DNA of 64,000 nucleotides from a virus: the IMG/VR virus record IMGVR_UViG_3300032223_002658, positions 1 through 64,000 of that record; one strand, given 5' to 3'. A model generated the notes under the pieces. The model was not told where the DNA came from. It did no database searches and saw only the letters and a list, made by a program, of their open reading frames with translations. Below are positions 49,383 to 58,841 of the stretch, piece by piece (positions within the stretch are counted from its first letter, which is position 1; each line of letters starts with the position of its first letter). The position numbers and the translations under genes are program-made.

Positions 49383-49718
49383 TTATCTCTTTGTAGCTAT
49401 TTCAGCTCTCTTAAGAAATGTTGGATTTTTTGTTCTTAAAAACTCAGTATAAAACTCATAGGCGTCTTTAGGTGACTCAACTAAAGAGAAGTCTTTTTCT
49501 GTTCTTCCTGGGAGTTTCTTTGCCATATCATCAATGATTGGATTAAATAACTTTCTTTGAGATATGCTTTGCATTGTGAAATACTTTGCCCCAGATGGAG
49601 ACAGTTGTTTTTTTGCACAAGCCTTGCTTTCATCGCAAGCATTACCATATTGATCTACATAATCGCTCTGTACGAGCGGTTCATTTTTTATGTCTTCTGC
49701 TGATTTAATAAATCTCAT
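49383..49718 (-). CDS. Hypothetical protein
   Basis: 111-aa ORF in the operon. Confidence 0.6.
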   Translation of the reverse strand: MRFIKSAEDIKNEPLVQSDYVDQYGNACDESKACAKKQLSPSGAKYFTMQSISQRKLFNPIIDDMAKKLPGRTEKDFSLVESPKDAYEFYTEFLRTKNPTFLKRAEIATKR

Positions 49719-50014
49719 TTTGCTTGAATGAAAGCAGTTAGCTTTACATCTCCTCCTATTTCATCTGTCATAAAGTCTACAATTTCAGTATTTGTTCTTG
49801 AGTTTTCTATTGGTGTGCATGATAAAAGACCTTCGATTTTATGCTTTCCAGATCCACAATAAATACCATCAATCCATTTGGCTTCAACGGTTTGCTTTGG
49901 AACATTATCACCAATTATTCTAGCCCAAACATTTATCATTCGCTTGCCAGTGTCATCACAAATAAATGTGTGGCAAATTAATTCATCATCAATTTTATTT
50001 ATTTCAACGCTCAT
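49715..50014 (-). CDS. Hypothetical protein
   Basis: 99-aa ORF with ATGA couplings. Confidence 0.55.
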   Translation of the reverse strand: MSVEINKIDDELICHTFICDDTGKRMINVWARIIGDNVPKQTVEAKWIDGIYCGSGKHKIEGLLSCTPIENSRTNTEIVDFMTDEIGGDVKLTAFIQAK

Positions 50015-50367
50015 GAAGGCATTTTCCCTGTCATAATATAGTCGGTTTTTTGCTGTTGTGTCATTGATGCAATTTTTTTTGCGCGCTTTTGGTTCTCACG
50101 CTTTTTCTTTCTATTTGATTCCCATTCAAGCGCAGACTTTGGAAGCTCTCCCTTTTTAACAGCATCTTCGGTGTTTTTATTTGCAAGATCACCAATGGTC
50201 TTTGGTTGGCTCATATCAATAACAACATTTACGCCAGAAAAATCTCTGCCAAGTTTTCCCTTCACATTGCATTGTGGGCAAGTGTCAGGTCTTTCATCGT
50301 TCATTTTAAGCCATAGGTCAAACTTGTGAGAGCAGTTTTCACATACAAATCCATATATTGGCATCAT
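50011..50367 (-). CDS. FmdB-family Zn-ribbon protein
   Basis: MPIYGFVCENCSHKFD...CPQC. Confidence 0.8.
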   Translation of the reverse strand: MMPIYGFVCENCSHKFDLWLKMNDERPDTCPQCNVKGKLGRDFSGVNVVIDMSQPKTIGDLANKNTEDAVKKGELPKSALEWESNRKKKRENQKRAKKIASMTQQQKTDYIMTGKMPS

Positions 50368-50732
50368 TTGACCTTTATATACTTTTTGAACTTCGGAATA
50401 CTCTTGAAGTCCCAATCTATTATAGCCTCATAAAAGTCGCCATCTCTAACAAGTTTTCCATCTTTAACAAATTCTTCGCATAGCATCACACTATACAGTT
50501 CTTCAACTAAAAAATTATCTTTTGGTTTTAAAATAGCAAGATTGATTGGATAATCAACTTCGCCACTCATGTATTTATGTATAGCTATAGTTTTTTTACA
50601 GGCTTCTTTTTTTGTTGCTGTGTCTATTTTTTTCCTAAAAACATCAGATTCAAACTCTTCGACTGTCATTATCTGTGAATAGATTGAGAGCAGCGAATTA
50701 CGATTATTTGCAACATATTTTTCGGCACTCAT
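50364..50732 (-). CDS. Hypothetical protein
   Basis: GTGTAT motif at 50742-47, 9 nt before ATG 50732. Confidence 0.55.
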   Translation of the reverse strand: MSAEKYVANNRNSLLSIYSQIMTVEEFESDVFRKKIDTATKKEACKKTIAIHKYMSGEVDYPINLAILKPKDNFLVEELYSVMLCEEFVKDGKLVRDGDFYEAIIDWDFKSIPKFKKYIKVK

Positions 50733-50746
50733 CAATCATGTATACA

Positions 50747-51193
50747 CTAGACTCCAGTGTGTCCAAATCCTCCAGATCCACGAGATGTTGATGATAAGGA
50801 GTCCTCACCAGCATCAACAAAGTCTACAACAACAATTGTTGCAAAAACCATTTGAGCGATTCTATCACCTTTATTTATTTGAAAGTCTTCATCACTTGAA
50901 TTCAAAAGAATGACACCTATTTCTCCGCGATAGTCTGAATCTATTGTTCCAGGAGCATTCATTACGAACACACCTTTCTTCAAAGCCAAACCACTGCGAG
51001 ATCTTATCTGTGCCTCATAACCAAGAGGCATATCAATTTTTATTCCAGTCTTTATAAGACCCCTTTGACCAGCTCTGATAATCATATCTTCGTTAGATTC
51101 AAGATCTACACCAGAAGATCCAATTGTTGCATATTTTGGTGTGTTTATCGACTCATCTGTTTTTGTGATTTTTATAAGCATGTTCTGTCTCAT
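50747..51193 (-). CDS. dut: Trimeric dUTPase
   Basis: SGVDL, RSRSGLA, GTIDSDYRGEI, GDRIAQ, RGSGGFGHTG; start coupled to the nrdJ stop. Confidence 0.96.
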   Translation of the reverse strand: MRQNMLIKITKTDESINTPKYATIGSSGVDLESNEDMIIRAGQRGLIKTGIKIDMPLGYEAQIRSRSGLALKKGVFVMNAPGTIDSDYRGEIGVILLNSSDEDFQINKGDRIAQMVFATIVVVDFVDAGEDSLSSTSRGSGGFGHTGV

Positions 51194-53112
51194 TTTGTTG
51201 ATATATCCACTATTTCGCAGGAATTTGCTGTGCATGCAAATGTTTGTGATCCAGATGTATTGTCAGTTTTTTCGTAATTTTTTAGAATAGACCAATCAAT
51301 TGGTGATGGCATTAAAGCAAGTGCCTTTTCATACTCTTCTTTTGAGCAATCTTGATATGGGGCTTGTCTATATGAGTGATCAGAGTGTGGAAGAAATGAT
51401 ATACCACTGATCTCATCAAAGTGAGAGTATACCCATGCACCAACATCCATCCACTCATGTTCTTTAACAGTAACTGTGATTGATGGCTTGTGCTCACACC
51501 AAAATCTTTGATACATTAGCCATGTTTCCAAATGCTCAATTGCTGTGAAAGAATTTCTTGTCAATGAGTCTTCCGCTTTCATCGGGAATGAGAAAACAAC
51601 AGTATGGTCTGGCTTCATTACACATGGTTCATTTGGGATTCCCATGTCGATCATCATTTTGCAAATCGGATCTTTTTTGTCGGCCCTTACAGTTCTTATG
51701 TAATAATTGTTATGTCTTGGGTGTATACCGGATGCAGCATCAACCAATTGAGATACAGTTCCACTTGGCTTAATGCAAGTAATTGCTGCTGCAGGATTTA
51801 TTTTCAATGCCTTTGCATACTTCTTATTTGTATCAACAGCCATTGAACGTAAATCTTTTAGCATTGATGCCAATTCTTCTGTTGGAACTGACATAAACTT
51901 ATTGTCCATTATACCAGTTAAAGAAACGCCAAGCAATGCCTCTTCTTCACAATTGTTCTTCCATTCTGAAGATAGATATGGAAAATTAGTTAGTGATGCC
52001 TGGAATGTTCCAAGAATAGTTGCAAGACGAACTTTGCTTGCTAAAGTTTCTTTTGTGTCAGATGGTCTTACAACTATTTCTGTTAGATTGCAAAACTCAC
52101 GATCTCTCAAAATTATTTCTGAGCATGGGTTTGTTCCAAACTCATAGCTTGCATCACGACGCTCACCAAGTTTTTCAACCGTTTTCTTACATGCTTCACG
52201 ATTGAAGATTCCTCGTTCACCGCTCTTGCTTTTATAAAGAGATATCCATTCTTCCATGAAGATACCAATGTCTGGTCTTTCTTTGTACGCAACGGAGTTG
52301 TTTGCAAGACCGCGTTGGGGATTTTCATTCCACCAAGCTCCTGATTTTGCGTCTCGCATTCTCTCATCAGTAAGATTACTGAGCGATATAAGTGCAGATC
52401 GTCGCACACCTCCAACAACGACAACTTCTGCAATTTTACAGACCAAATCATGGCATTCGATGGAAGTGAGTTTTCTTCCTGCAGCCTTCTTAAAAGTATC
52501 AACAGTGAATCTAAAGAGATCTTCCAATGGCCCCGGGCCAGAAGCACGGCCACCAAATGTCTTGAGTCTTGAGCCAGCAGGACGAACTTTTGAGATGTCC
52601 CATTTTGGAATTTGGCCTCCAATAAGTAGGGATACCAATTCGCGGTATGCCTTTGCCCAACCAGTTTTGCTGTCTTGAACAACAATAGTCGTTTCGCTGT
52701 TTGTAAATTCTTCAGCGATAGTTGGAAGCTTTTCGACGTATTGTCGCTCAACAGAGAATCCAACTCCTGTGCCGCACATGAGAATGTATAATATTTCATC
52801 AAACGCTCTTACTCTGCTAACTGTGACATATGAACAATTATACCCAGCTGTATTGTCTCTACGCAGAGCTTCTCCAGCAGTCATCAACGCTCTCATGCTT
52901 GGCATTATTTCAAGATTAAGAACCGCATCTATTAGTTCTTTCTCTAAATTTGCACTCAAGTCATATCCGCAATTCGACTTTAGATGATCTTTGAAAAAAT
53001 GAAAGTATCTATGTACAGTCTCTTCCCAAGTCTCTCTTCTTCCGATATCATCACGGAATCTTGAGTATCTTGAGAGATGGATAAATTGCTGATATTGTGT
53101 TGGTAAACTCAT
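51190..53112 (-). CDS. nrdJ: Class II (B12-dependent) ribonucleotide reductase, monomeric RTPR type
   Basis: PSMR, YNCS, VGGVRRSA, TNPCSE, CNLTE, TCIKPSGT, C-terminal CTANSCE; no beta subunit nearby. Confidence 0.92.
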   Translation of the reverse strand: MSLPTQYQQFIHLSRYSRFRDDIGRRETWEETVHRYFHFFKDHLKSNCGYDLSANLEKELIDAVLNLEIMPSMRALMTAGEALRRDNTAGYNCSYVTVSRVRAFDEILYILMCGTGVGFSVERQYVEKLPTIAEEFTNSETTIVVQDSKTGWAKAYRELVSLLIGGQIPKWDISKVRPAGSRLKTFGGRASGPGPLEDLFRFTVDTFKKAAGRKLTSIECHDLVCKIAEVVVVGGVRRSALISLSNLTDERMRDAKSGAWWNENPQRGLANNSVAYKERPDIGIFMEEWISLYKSKSGERGIFNREACKKTVEKLGERRDASYEFGTNPCSEIILRDREFCNLTEIVVRPSDTKETLASKVRLATILGTFQASLTNFPYLSSEWKNNCEEEALLGVSLTGIMDNKFMSVPTEELASMLKDLRSMAVDTNKKYAKALKINPAAAITCIKPSGTVSQLVDAASGIHPRHNNYYIRTVRADKKDPICKMMIDMGIPNEPCVMKPDHTVVFSFPMKAEDSLTRNSFTAIEHLETWLMYQRFWCEHKPSITVTVKEHEWMDVGAWVYSHFDEISGISFLPHSDHSYRQAPYQDCSKEEYEKALALMPSPIDWSILKNYEKTDNTSGSQTFACTANSCEIVDISTK

Positions 53113-53138
53113 ATTAGTATTAATTGTAGGTTTTGCAA

Positions 53139-54134
53139 TTAGCTGTTTTGTGAATACACTTGACCATAAAGATTATTAATCTTGTCTGCATAAATTTCTG
53201 TTGAGTGTTGCTTGTATTTTAAATAGTTCACATTACCAATCTGTTGACGCTCTTCTTTGCTGAGGCTCTGCATTTTTTTTGTTAAATCAACTAGGCCATC
53301 TAGATCATCACAAAGCCATTCATCAGAATCAAAGAGTTCTGGAATTGCGGAGTCCTTATATGAAATTACAGGTTTTTTATTTGCAAAAGCCTCTAGAATT
53401 GAAAAACAAAAAGCTTCATTAGAACTTGGATAGTGGTAGACATCTATCTCATTCATTATTTGCTGTCTTTCATCATCTGTAACAGAACCTTTGATTGTTA
53501 TGTTGTCATTGCCGAAGTACTTGCGATAGGCATTCATTGCTTTAAAATAAGCAGGATCAAGGATTTCTCCAGCAACAATAAATTTGTTTTCTCTGCATTC
53601 GTTCGCACAATACAAAGTGTCGTGAATCATTTTTGATGGACAATAACTAGCTATTCTACCAAACACTGGTATGTCTTTTTGTGCTGATTCAATTTCATTG
53701 CACTCAACTCCATATCTTACAATTTCGTAATTGGAGACATGTGGATTCAAATCAACTTGATATTTTGAACTAAATAAAACTTTATCAAATTGTGTTGTAT
53801 CAAAGCCAATCGTTTGTCCACATAGAACGCTTGCGAACCGCTTGCACTTTGGTAAATAATTAAAGTACCCAAGTCGTTGTTCTCCAGGTATAAAAACATG
53901 TATGACATCTGGATTAAACTTATTTACAAGATCAATAAGATGCATATCGTATTCAAAGTTTTGCGCCCGCACTAAATGCGACTCACCAATACTTGAAAAC
54001 TTTTCTCTAAAAGGACCATCAACAGAGCCATAAAAAGACATCTCGTTTTGAGGACTAAGCTTTTTGGCAAGCTCATAAGCGGCTAGAGATGAACCACCTT
54101 GGTTGTAAAAATTGTTAATGAACGCTATTCGCAT
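53139..54134 (-). CDS. Glycosyltransferase family 4
   Basis: QGGS, DVYHYPSSNEAFCFSILEAFANKKPVI. Confidence 0.9.
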   Translation of the reverse strand: MRIAFINNFYNQGGSSLAAYELAKKLSPQNEMSFYGSVDGPFREKFSSIGESHLVRAQNFEYDMHLIDLVNKFNPDVIHVFIPGEQRLGYFNYLPKCKRFASVLCGQTIGFDTTQFDKVLFSSKYQVDLNPHVSNYEIVRYGVECNEIESAQKDIPVFGRIASYCPSKMIHDTLYCANECRENKFIVAGEILDPAYFKAMNAYRKYFGNDNITIKGSVTDDERQQIMNEIDVYHYPSSNEAFCFSILEAFANKKPVISYKDSAIPELFDSDEWLCDDLDGLVDLTKKMQSLSKEERQQIGNVNYLKYKQHSTEIYADKINNLYGQVYSQNS

Positions 54135-54139
54135 GTCTT

Positions 54140-54152
54140 ATTGTAGGTGTAT
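54140..54152. promoter_or_regulatory. Adjacent divergent promoters: TACAAT (minus) and GTGTAT (plus)
   Basis: ATTGTAGGTGTAT; TACAAT lies 5 nt from ATG 54134; GTGTAT precedes ATG 54170. Confidence 0.55.
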
Positions 54153-54169
54153 AGTAATTTGATAAACCT

Positions 54170-54772
54170 ATGTCTGAAGAACCTAAATACATTTTTACTA
54201 CTCCTGAGGCTGCTGAAAACATGGCAGAGAAGTTAGGTTGCTCTGGACATCAAGAGTTCTACAATATAGATGGAAAACAATCCGGACTAAAAGCAAATAC
54301 TACTTATTATCTTCCATGTTCATCTCGTGATGTGCTGCACAATAGATTAGACGACTATAAAGAAAAGATGGCTAAGTCAGAAGAGCTTGATTTGGATCAG
54401 ATCGACTTTGCTGAATCAGAAGTGCAAGTTTCATTTGACGCTTTCTTGCAATCATATTTTGCTAATGGGTCTGATTCTGTTAGTGACTCTGTTAGAAAGA
54501 CACTGAGTAAAAAAGCTGCTGAGTATAATAAAAACACAAAACACAAAATAAAAACAGCTACTTTGATAACTGTATTCAGACGAGGAGTCGGAGCTTACAA
54601 AACAAACCCAACAAGTGTAAGACCAAATGTTCGCGGTCCTGAGCAGTGGGGTTATGGAAGAGTTAACGGGTTTTTGCACGCTTTAGGAACTGGATCATTC
54701 AAAAGAAAACCTTTTGACACAGATCTTCTTCCATCTAGTCACAGACTCTCATCAAAAAACAAAAAGAAATAA
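54170..54772 (+). CDS. Two-domain head-associated phage protein
   Basis: N-domain FTTPEAAENMAEKLGCSGH...YLPC; C-domain VFRRGVGAYKTNPTSVRP...EQWGYGRVNGFL; both motifs recall phage head-module proteins. Confidence 0.6.
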   Translation: MSEEPKYIFTTPEAAENMAEKLGCSGHQEFYNIDGKQSGLKANTTYYLPCSSRDVLHNRLDDYKEKMAKSEELDLDQIDFAESEVQVSFDAFLQSYFANGSDSVSDSVRKTLSKKAAEYNKNTKHKIKTATLITVFRRGVGAYKTNPTSVRPNVRGPEQWGYGRVNGFLHALGTGSFKRKPFDTDLLPSSHRLSSKNKKK

Positions 54773-54773
54773 A

Positions 54774-54842
54774 ATGTCAATAGAAAAATTAATAGAGGCA
54801 ATGGTATCTAAATTTGACTATCTAATAGATAGAGTTGTTTAA
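54774..54842 (+). pseudogene. Orphan MSIEK leader mini-ORF (22 aa)
   Basis: MSIEKLIEAMVSKFDYLIDRVV*; first 18 nt identical to the start of the 19347 gene. Confidence 0.5.
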
Positions 54843-54881
54843 TAAAGAATAAAAAGTGTATTTTTAAAAGAAAGTTTTAAA

Positions 54882-55277
54882 ATGATTAACTATATATCAA
54901 AGTTAAATATTGCGGCAAATAATTATTTTAATAGTTTAAACAAAACTTTTGCAGGAATGGCTAGACACGCTTGCATTTATTGCAATCATGCTCCTGGAAG
55001 TGGTGGAGGTTCTGGTCTTGTATGGCATCCTGAACAAATTGTTGTTGGTCCAACTGGATCAAGATGCAATACAACACCAACTTTAACTGCTTCATATGAA
55101 ATACCATACAGAACCGGAAATATTTGTGAGTATGTAGCATGTAGTGGAGCTGGAGGGGGTGTAATAAAAACGATAGTAACAACAGCATCATGCACCGCAC
55201 AATTAGCGTCTTATTGGCAAAAAATACCTGATTATACTAACGTAACTCAATCTCTTCCACCACAACAAGAGATTTAA
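54882..55277 (+). CDS. Small Cys-rich protein with amphipathic leader
   Basis: MINYISKLNIAANNYFNSLNKTFA, then CIYC...C...C...C...C; GTGTAT at 54856-61. Confidence 0.6.
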   Translation: MINYISKLNIAANNYFNSLNKTFAGMARHACIYCNHAPGSGGGSGLVWHPEQIVVGPTGSRCNTTPTLTASYEIPYRTGNICEYVACSGAGGGVIKTIVTTASCTAQLASYWQKIPDYTNVTQSLPPQQEI

Positions 55278-55291
55278 TAAACGTAATTAAA

Positions 55292-55768
55292 TTATAATTT
55301 AAAATATTCTATGGGTTTGAGCGCTGTTTGCTCAAGCCCATATGTTTTTCCATAACCAAGGTCAATTAGATTTTCATCTCTAATTAAATCATCTGCAGAA
55401 CACCAGCCAACTATGTTGTAATTTGGTTTTTGTCCAATAATTAATACGTAAACATCAGATGGATTTTCGTTCTTTGACCATCTTGCTAGCAGCTTGCCGG
55501 TTTTGTATTTCGTGGTTTTGATATCAATTTTATCACCATTCATTATTACATCATCTCCACCTTTTCGTGGGCTAATTGACATGTCTGGATATAAATTCAT
55601 GGCTTTGCAAAAAGCAAACTCACCACATATTCCCTCTAAGTCTGTTTCCTCACATGATTGAGGTCCAATTTTTTTATCAGAAACGCCCCCATTTCTATTG
55701 GAGGCGTATCTATTTTTAGCAATCCATTCACATATTTTTATTTCAGATTGATCAAGTGTTACGTTCAT
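55292..55768 (-). CDS. PD-(D/E)xK nuclease-like protein
   Basis: GICGEFAF...GDD...IDIKTT...DVYVL...IVGW. Confidence 0.65.
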   Translation of the reverse strand: MNVTLDQSEIKICEWIAKNRYASNRNGGVSDKKIGPQSCEETDLEGICGEFAFCKAMNLYPDMSISPRKGGDDVIMNGDKIDIKTTKYKTGKLLARWSKNENPSDVYVLIIGQKPNYNIVGWCSADDLIRDENLIDLGYGKTYGLEQTALKPIEYFKL

Positions 55769-56945
55769 AAGGATCTAATTTTAGTATTACCATATTTGGG
55801 CGAGCAGCAATGATCTTTGGATTTCTATAATTTGCAAATTTTACAAAATCAAAAACAGCAACGCTTATATCACCCCAATTAGCATCATCAATAGCAACAA
55901 CAAGACTGTGCTTTATGGTAGATGTGTTGATTAAATCTTGAATTGTGGTAAAATAACTATGCCCACCATCCACAAAAATGAAAGCCGTTTTAGTTTCTTG
56001 TGAATTTATATTAGCTGCCACAGCAGGCATTGACCTTGAAGAATCACCAACAACAATAGCGCAGTCAAATTCATCACCAAAATTTTCCTGTATTCTTGAT
56101 ATTGCCAACTCAGCATTAATTGGAACATCGTTTGGAGGAAGTTCTTCATCTGGCGCCTTTGCAAAAAGATCTAAAAGATATGCTTTTATTGGAAGATGTT
56201 CTTTGAAAAGACCAACTGATGTTTGGCATTTGAATGCGCCAATTTCAACATAATAATCTGGTTTTATTTTCTTATATACATCACATAGAAAATCAAACTT
56301 TACTCCAAGTGTTTTTCTTGGTGAGTCGTCTGTTAGATTTTCTGAATCATATTTTGTATTTACAAACAGAACATCTTTTTGAACTACAGTTCCTTGAAAT
56401 ACATTGTCTTTAATAAATGTGTGTGGCACAAAACCTATACTGTGAAGTTTTTCAATAATTTCATTTGATGAAGCAGCTCCAGCGTTGTACTCTGTAACTG
56501 GAAGTTCAATCAAAAGCCATTTGGTTCTTTTTAGTGTTTCTATACCGCCATTGATTATTGCGCACTCTGAACCTTGAGTATCAATTTTAATTAGATCAAA
56601 ATACTGAGATCCAGTGATGCTGTCAAGAGTTACAGTTGGAACATTTATGACATCAAAATTTCCATCTTTATAATACTCTGTGGTTTCTTTATAAAAAGAT
56701 GCTCCTTGACAAGTTGGCTCATTTTTATTTATATAGAAATTTTTTGACTCTGTATTGTCTCCAAGAGCTAATATTTTATATGTAGCGCCACATTCAATTA
56801 GTGCTTTTTCACACTTGGGATTTGCCTCTATAGATAGAATAGCTGCCTTTTGATTTAATTTTTTATATTCAACAAATGTTTGACCTATGTTTGCACCTAT
56901 GTCAATAATTACACTCGACTCTTTTACAATATCTTCTAAAATCAT
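55752..56945 (-). CDS. FkbM-family methyltransferase fused to a second class I methyltransferase
   Basis: IDIGANIG, IEAN, IKIDTQGSE; second domain VEIG...GDS...FVDGGHSY...IDD. Confidence 0.88.
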   Translation of the reverse strand: MILEDIVKESSVIIDIGANIGQTFVEYKKLNQKAAILSIEANPKCEKALIECGATYKILALGDNTESKNFYINKNEPTCQGASFYKETTEYYKDGNFDVINVPTVTLDSITGSQYFDLIKIDTQGSECAIINGGIETLKRTKWLLIELPVTEYNAGAASSNEIIEKLHSIGFVPHTFIKDNVFQGTVVQKDVLFVNTKYDSENLTDDSPRKTLGVKFDFLCDVYKKIKPDYYVEIGAFKCQTSVGLFKEHLPIKAYLLDLFAKAPDEELPPNDVPINAELAISRIQENFGDEFDCAIVVGDSSRSMPAVAANINSQETKTAFIFVDGGHSYFTTIQDLINTSTIKHSLVVAIDDANWGDISVAVFDFVKFANYRNPKIIAARPNMVILKLDPYERNT

Positions 56946-57841
56946 ATGTTTCCTTTTATTGACTTAATTGCTGCAACCAAAGCATTATATGAGTTAATGC
57001 TGTGGATTGGATTTGATAAATCAGATATACCAAATGAGCAAGCACCAACATTTTCATTTACTATAAGTCTGCAGCCACACATTGCCGCTTCAACAACTGT
57101 TCTAGCTGATGCCTCTTTCCAGTTTGGCATATGCACAAAATACTTAGATGAATTCATTGCAAACGCAACTTGATCTGGAGTTGCAACGCCAAGATAGTTA
57201 TCTGCATTAATAAGATCTATATTTCCACGACCAATAAATTTTACATTATCGCCAAATATATTTTGTATTTCAACAACACCTTTAGCTTCAGTGATAGCTC
57301 CAACATAAAGAACATTTATTGGGCGCTCAAGATTGGCATTATTGAATATCTCGTTATTTATTTTTTGAAAATATATGAATGATCTTGGTATTTCAAATTT
57401 TGCAAATTTGTTCCATTCACTCAAGTGAAGTGGACTTAAAAATATATTGAATGCAGCTCCAGCCATCATCGTAGCTGTTATAGTTATTAAAGGATTATCT
57501 TCGTATCTTTCCTTTGCATCAATATTCCATCCACCATATTCATGTGGCGTTGCTCCAGTATAAGCGCACTCAGCAACTATATATGGTTTTCTAGAATCAA
57601 TAAATCTTCTCTGTTGTCCAATATCAAACCACTTTGAGCCATTTGGATCATTGAAGACGTCAAAATAAACATTAAGATCAGAATCATCTGGATCAATAAA
57701 AACATCAGTCGGTGTTATTACATTAACATAATATCCTGCGGCTTTTAAAGCCTCAATAACATCTTGACCTGTTGTATGACCACCACTCAAAAATGAATCA
57801 TTTGAAAGCGGACTGACTATTGTATAGTAATTTGCTATCAC
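56942..57841 (-). CDS. Glycosyltransferase family 4-like
   Basis: LYVGAITEAKG, FVHMPNWKEASARTVVEAAMCGC. Confidence 0.85.
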   Translation of the reverse strand: MIANYYTIVSPLSNDSFLSGGHTTGQDVIEALKAAGYYVNVITPTDVFIDPDDSDLNVYFDVFNDPNGSKWFDIGQQRRFIDSRKPYIVAECAYTGATPHEYGGWNIDAKERYEDNPLITITATMMAGAAFNIFLSPLHLSEWNKFAKFEIPRSFIYFQKINNEIFNNANLERPINVLYVGAITEAKGVVEIQNIFGDNVKFIGRGNIDLINADNYLGVATPDQVAFAMNSSKYFVHMPNWKEASARTVVEAAMCGCRLIVNENVGACSFGISDLSNPIHSINSYNALVAAIKSIKGNI

Positions 57842-57863
57842 AGTTTAGTATAGCATAAACTGA

Positions 57864-58841
57864 TTATTTACCACAAGAGTCTTGTGCTTGTTTAATTTTT
57901 TCTTTTGCGCAGGAAACAAGTATTGAAGCAAGCCATTCATCAGAACTTGACATTATTATTCCACCAGATGATAGGATCATACATGGTCTCTTTGAGTCTT
58001 GAGAATTAGCCCACTCTAATAAACACTGCTCCATTGCTGCTGCAAGCTTTACCTTTGCTATTGATGGACTACCAAAGCCAAGAGCGCCACAAATTTCGCT
58101 GAACAAGTTTGATGCATTAGCATTAGCTATATTAGCTATTCTTACTTTTATATATTCTGGCACATATTTAGCAATGAACTTTTGATTATCTATAGCTCTT
58201 TCAATTATATCTGTTGCTATTTTAGGATCTACTATAGTTGGGTCTGTTAAAACACTTGGTGGCTTTGGAAGTCTTGATATCATGTTTTTTAATCTTACAG
58301 CTATTTGTACTCTTTCAGTTAAAGTGTTTCCACCATCCCTAGCCTTATTGCAATCATAAATATACAAACCAAATTTATTTGAGCTTTTATCAACAAATGG
58401 ATCGTTTGCTGAGAAAATTTTATTATGCTCTTCTCTGTAAGAGACGAAATCATCATTTTGATTTAGTTCTTTCAACCATTCGTTTAAATATTCATCTATG
58501 AATGAACCAATTTTTGAATCCGATAAATTTAGTCCACCACAATAGGGGTTGTTTTGTGAAAAATCTGTTATGCCTTTTTGTATCTTTTCTCTTATTGGGC
58601 CTTCTCTTAATGCTTTAGTGCTTGTTGGTATCTTTGAATTTAAATATGTGCAATACTCACATATTTTTTGTTGTATAATAGATAATGATCCTTGCATGCA
58701 TGGCTGCATGTCTATGGGTAATGTTTCAACTGGAACTTGATTACCACCAAATCCACCACCAGTATCATGAATAGTTGTTCCTGGAGATAGTTTAACACCA
58801 AGAACAAATCTAAGTTTTTTTAATTTATCTGTATACTTCAA
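57864..58841 (-). CDS. Hypothetical Cys-containing helical protein with basic leader
   Basis: MKYTDKLKKLRFVLG; spaced Cys; last gene of the operon starting at 62060. Confidence 0.6.
   Translation of the reverse strand: MKYTDKLKKLRFVLGVKLSPGTTIHDTGGGFGGNQVPVETLPIDMQPCMQGSLSIIQQKICEYCTYLNSKIPTSTKALREGPIREKIQKGITDFSQNNPYCGGLNLSDSKIGSFIDEYLNEWLKELNQNDDFVSYREEHNKIFSANDPFVDKSSNKFGLYIYDCNKARDGGNTLTERVQIAVRLKNMISRLPKPPSVLTDPTIVDPKIATDIIERAIDNQKFIAKYVPEYIKVRIANIANANASNLFSEICGALGFGSPSIAKVKLAAAMEQCLLEWANSQDSKRPCMILSSGGIIMSSSDEWLASILVSCAKEKIKQAQDSCGK

Noticed and set aside
52113-52802. 229-aa alternative-frame ORF inside nrdJ, plus antisense ORFs there
   Set aside because: Fully nested in a conserved gene, with no recognisable motifs or initiation signal
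39489-53112. Inteins or introns in dnaE, dnaB, recA or nrdJ
   Set aside because: Protein lengths are normal and no splice-junction or homing endonuclease motifs were seen
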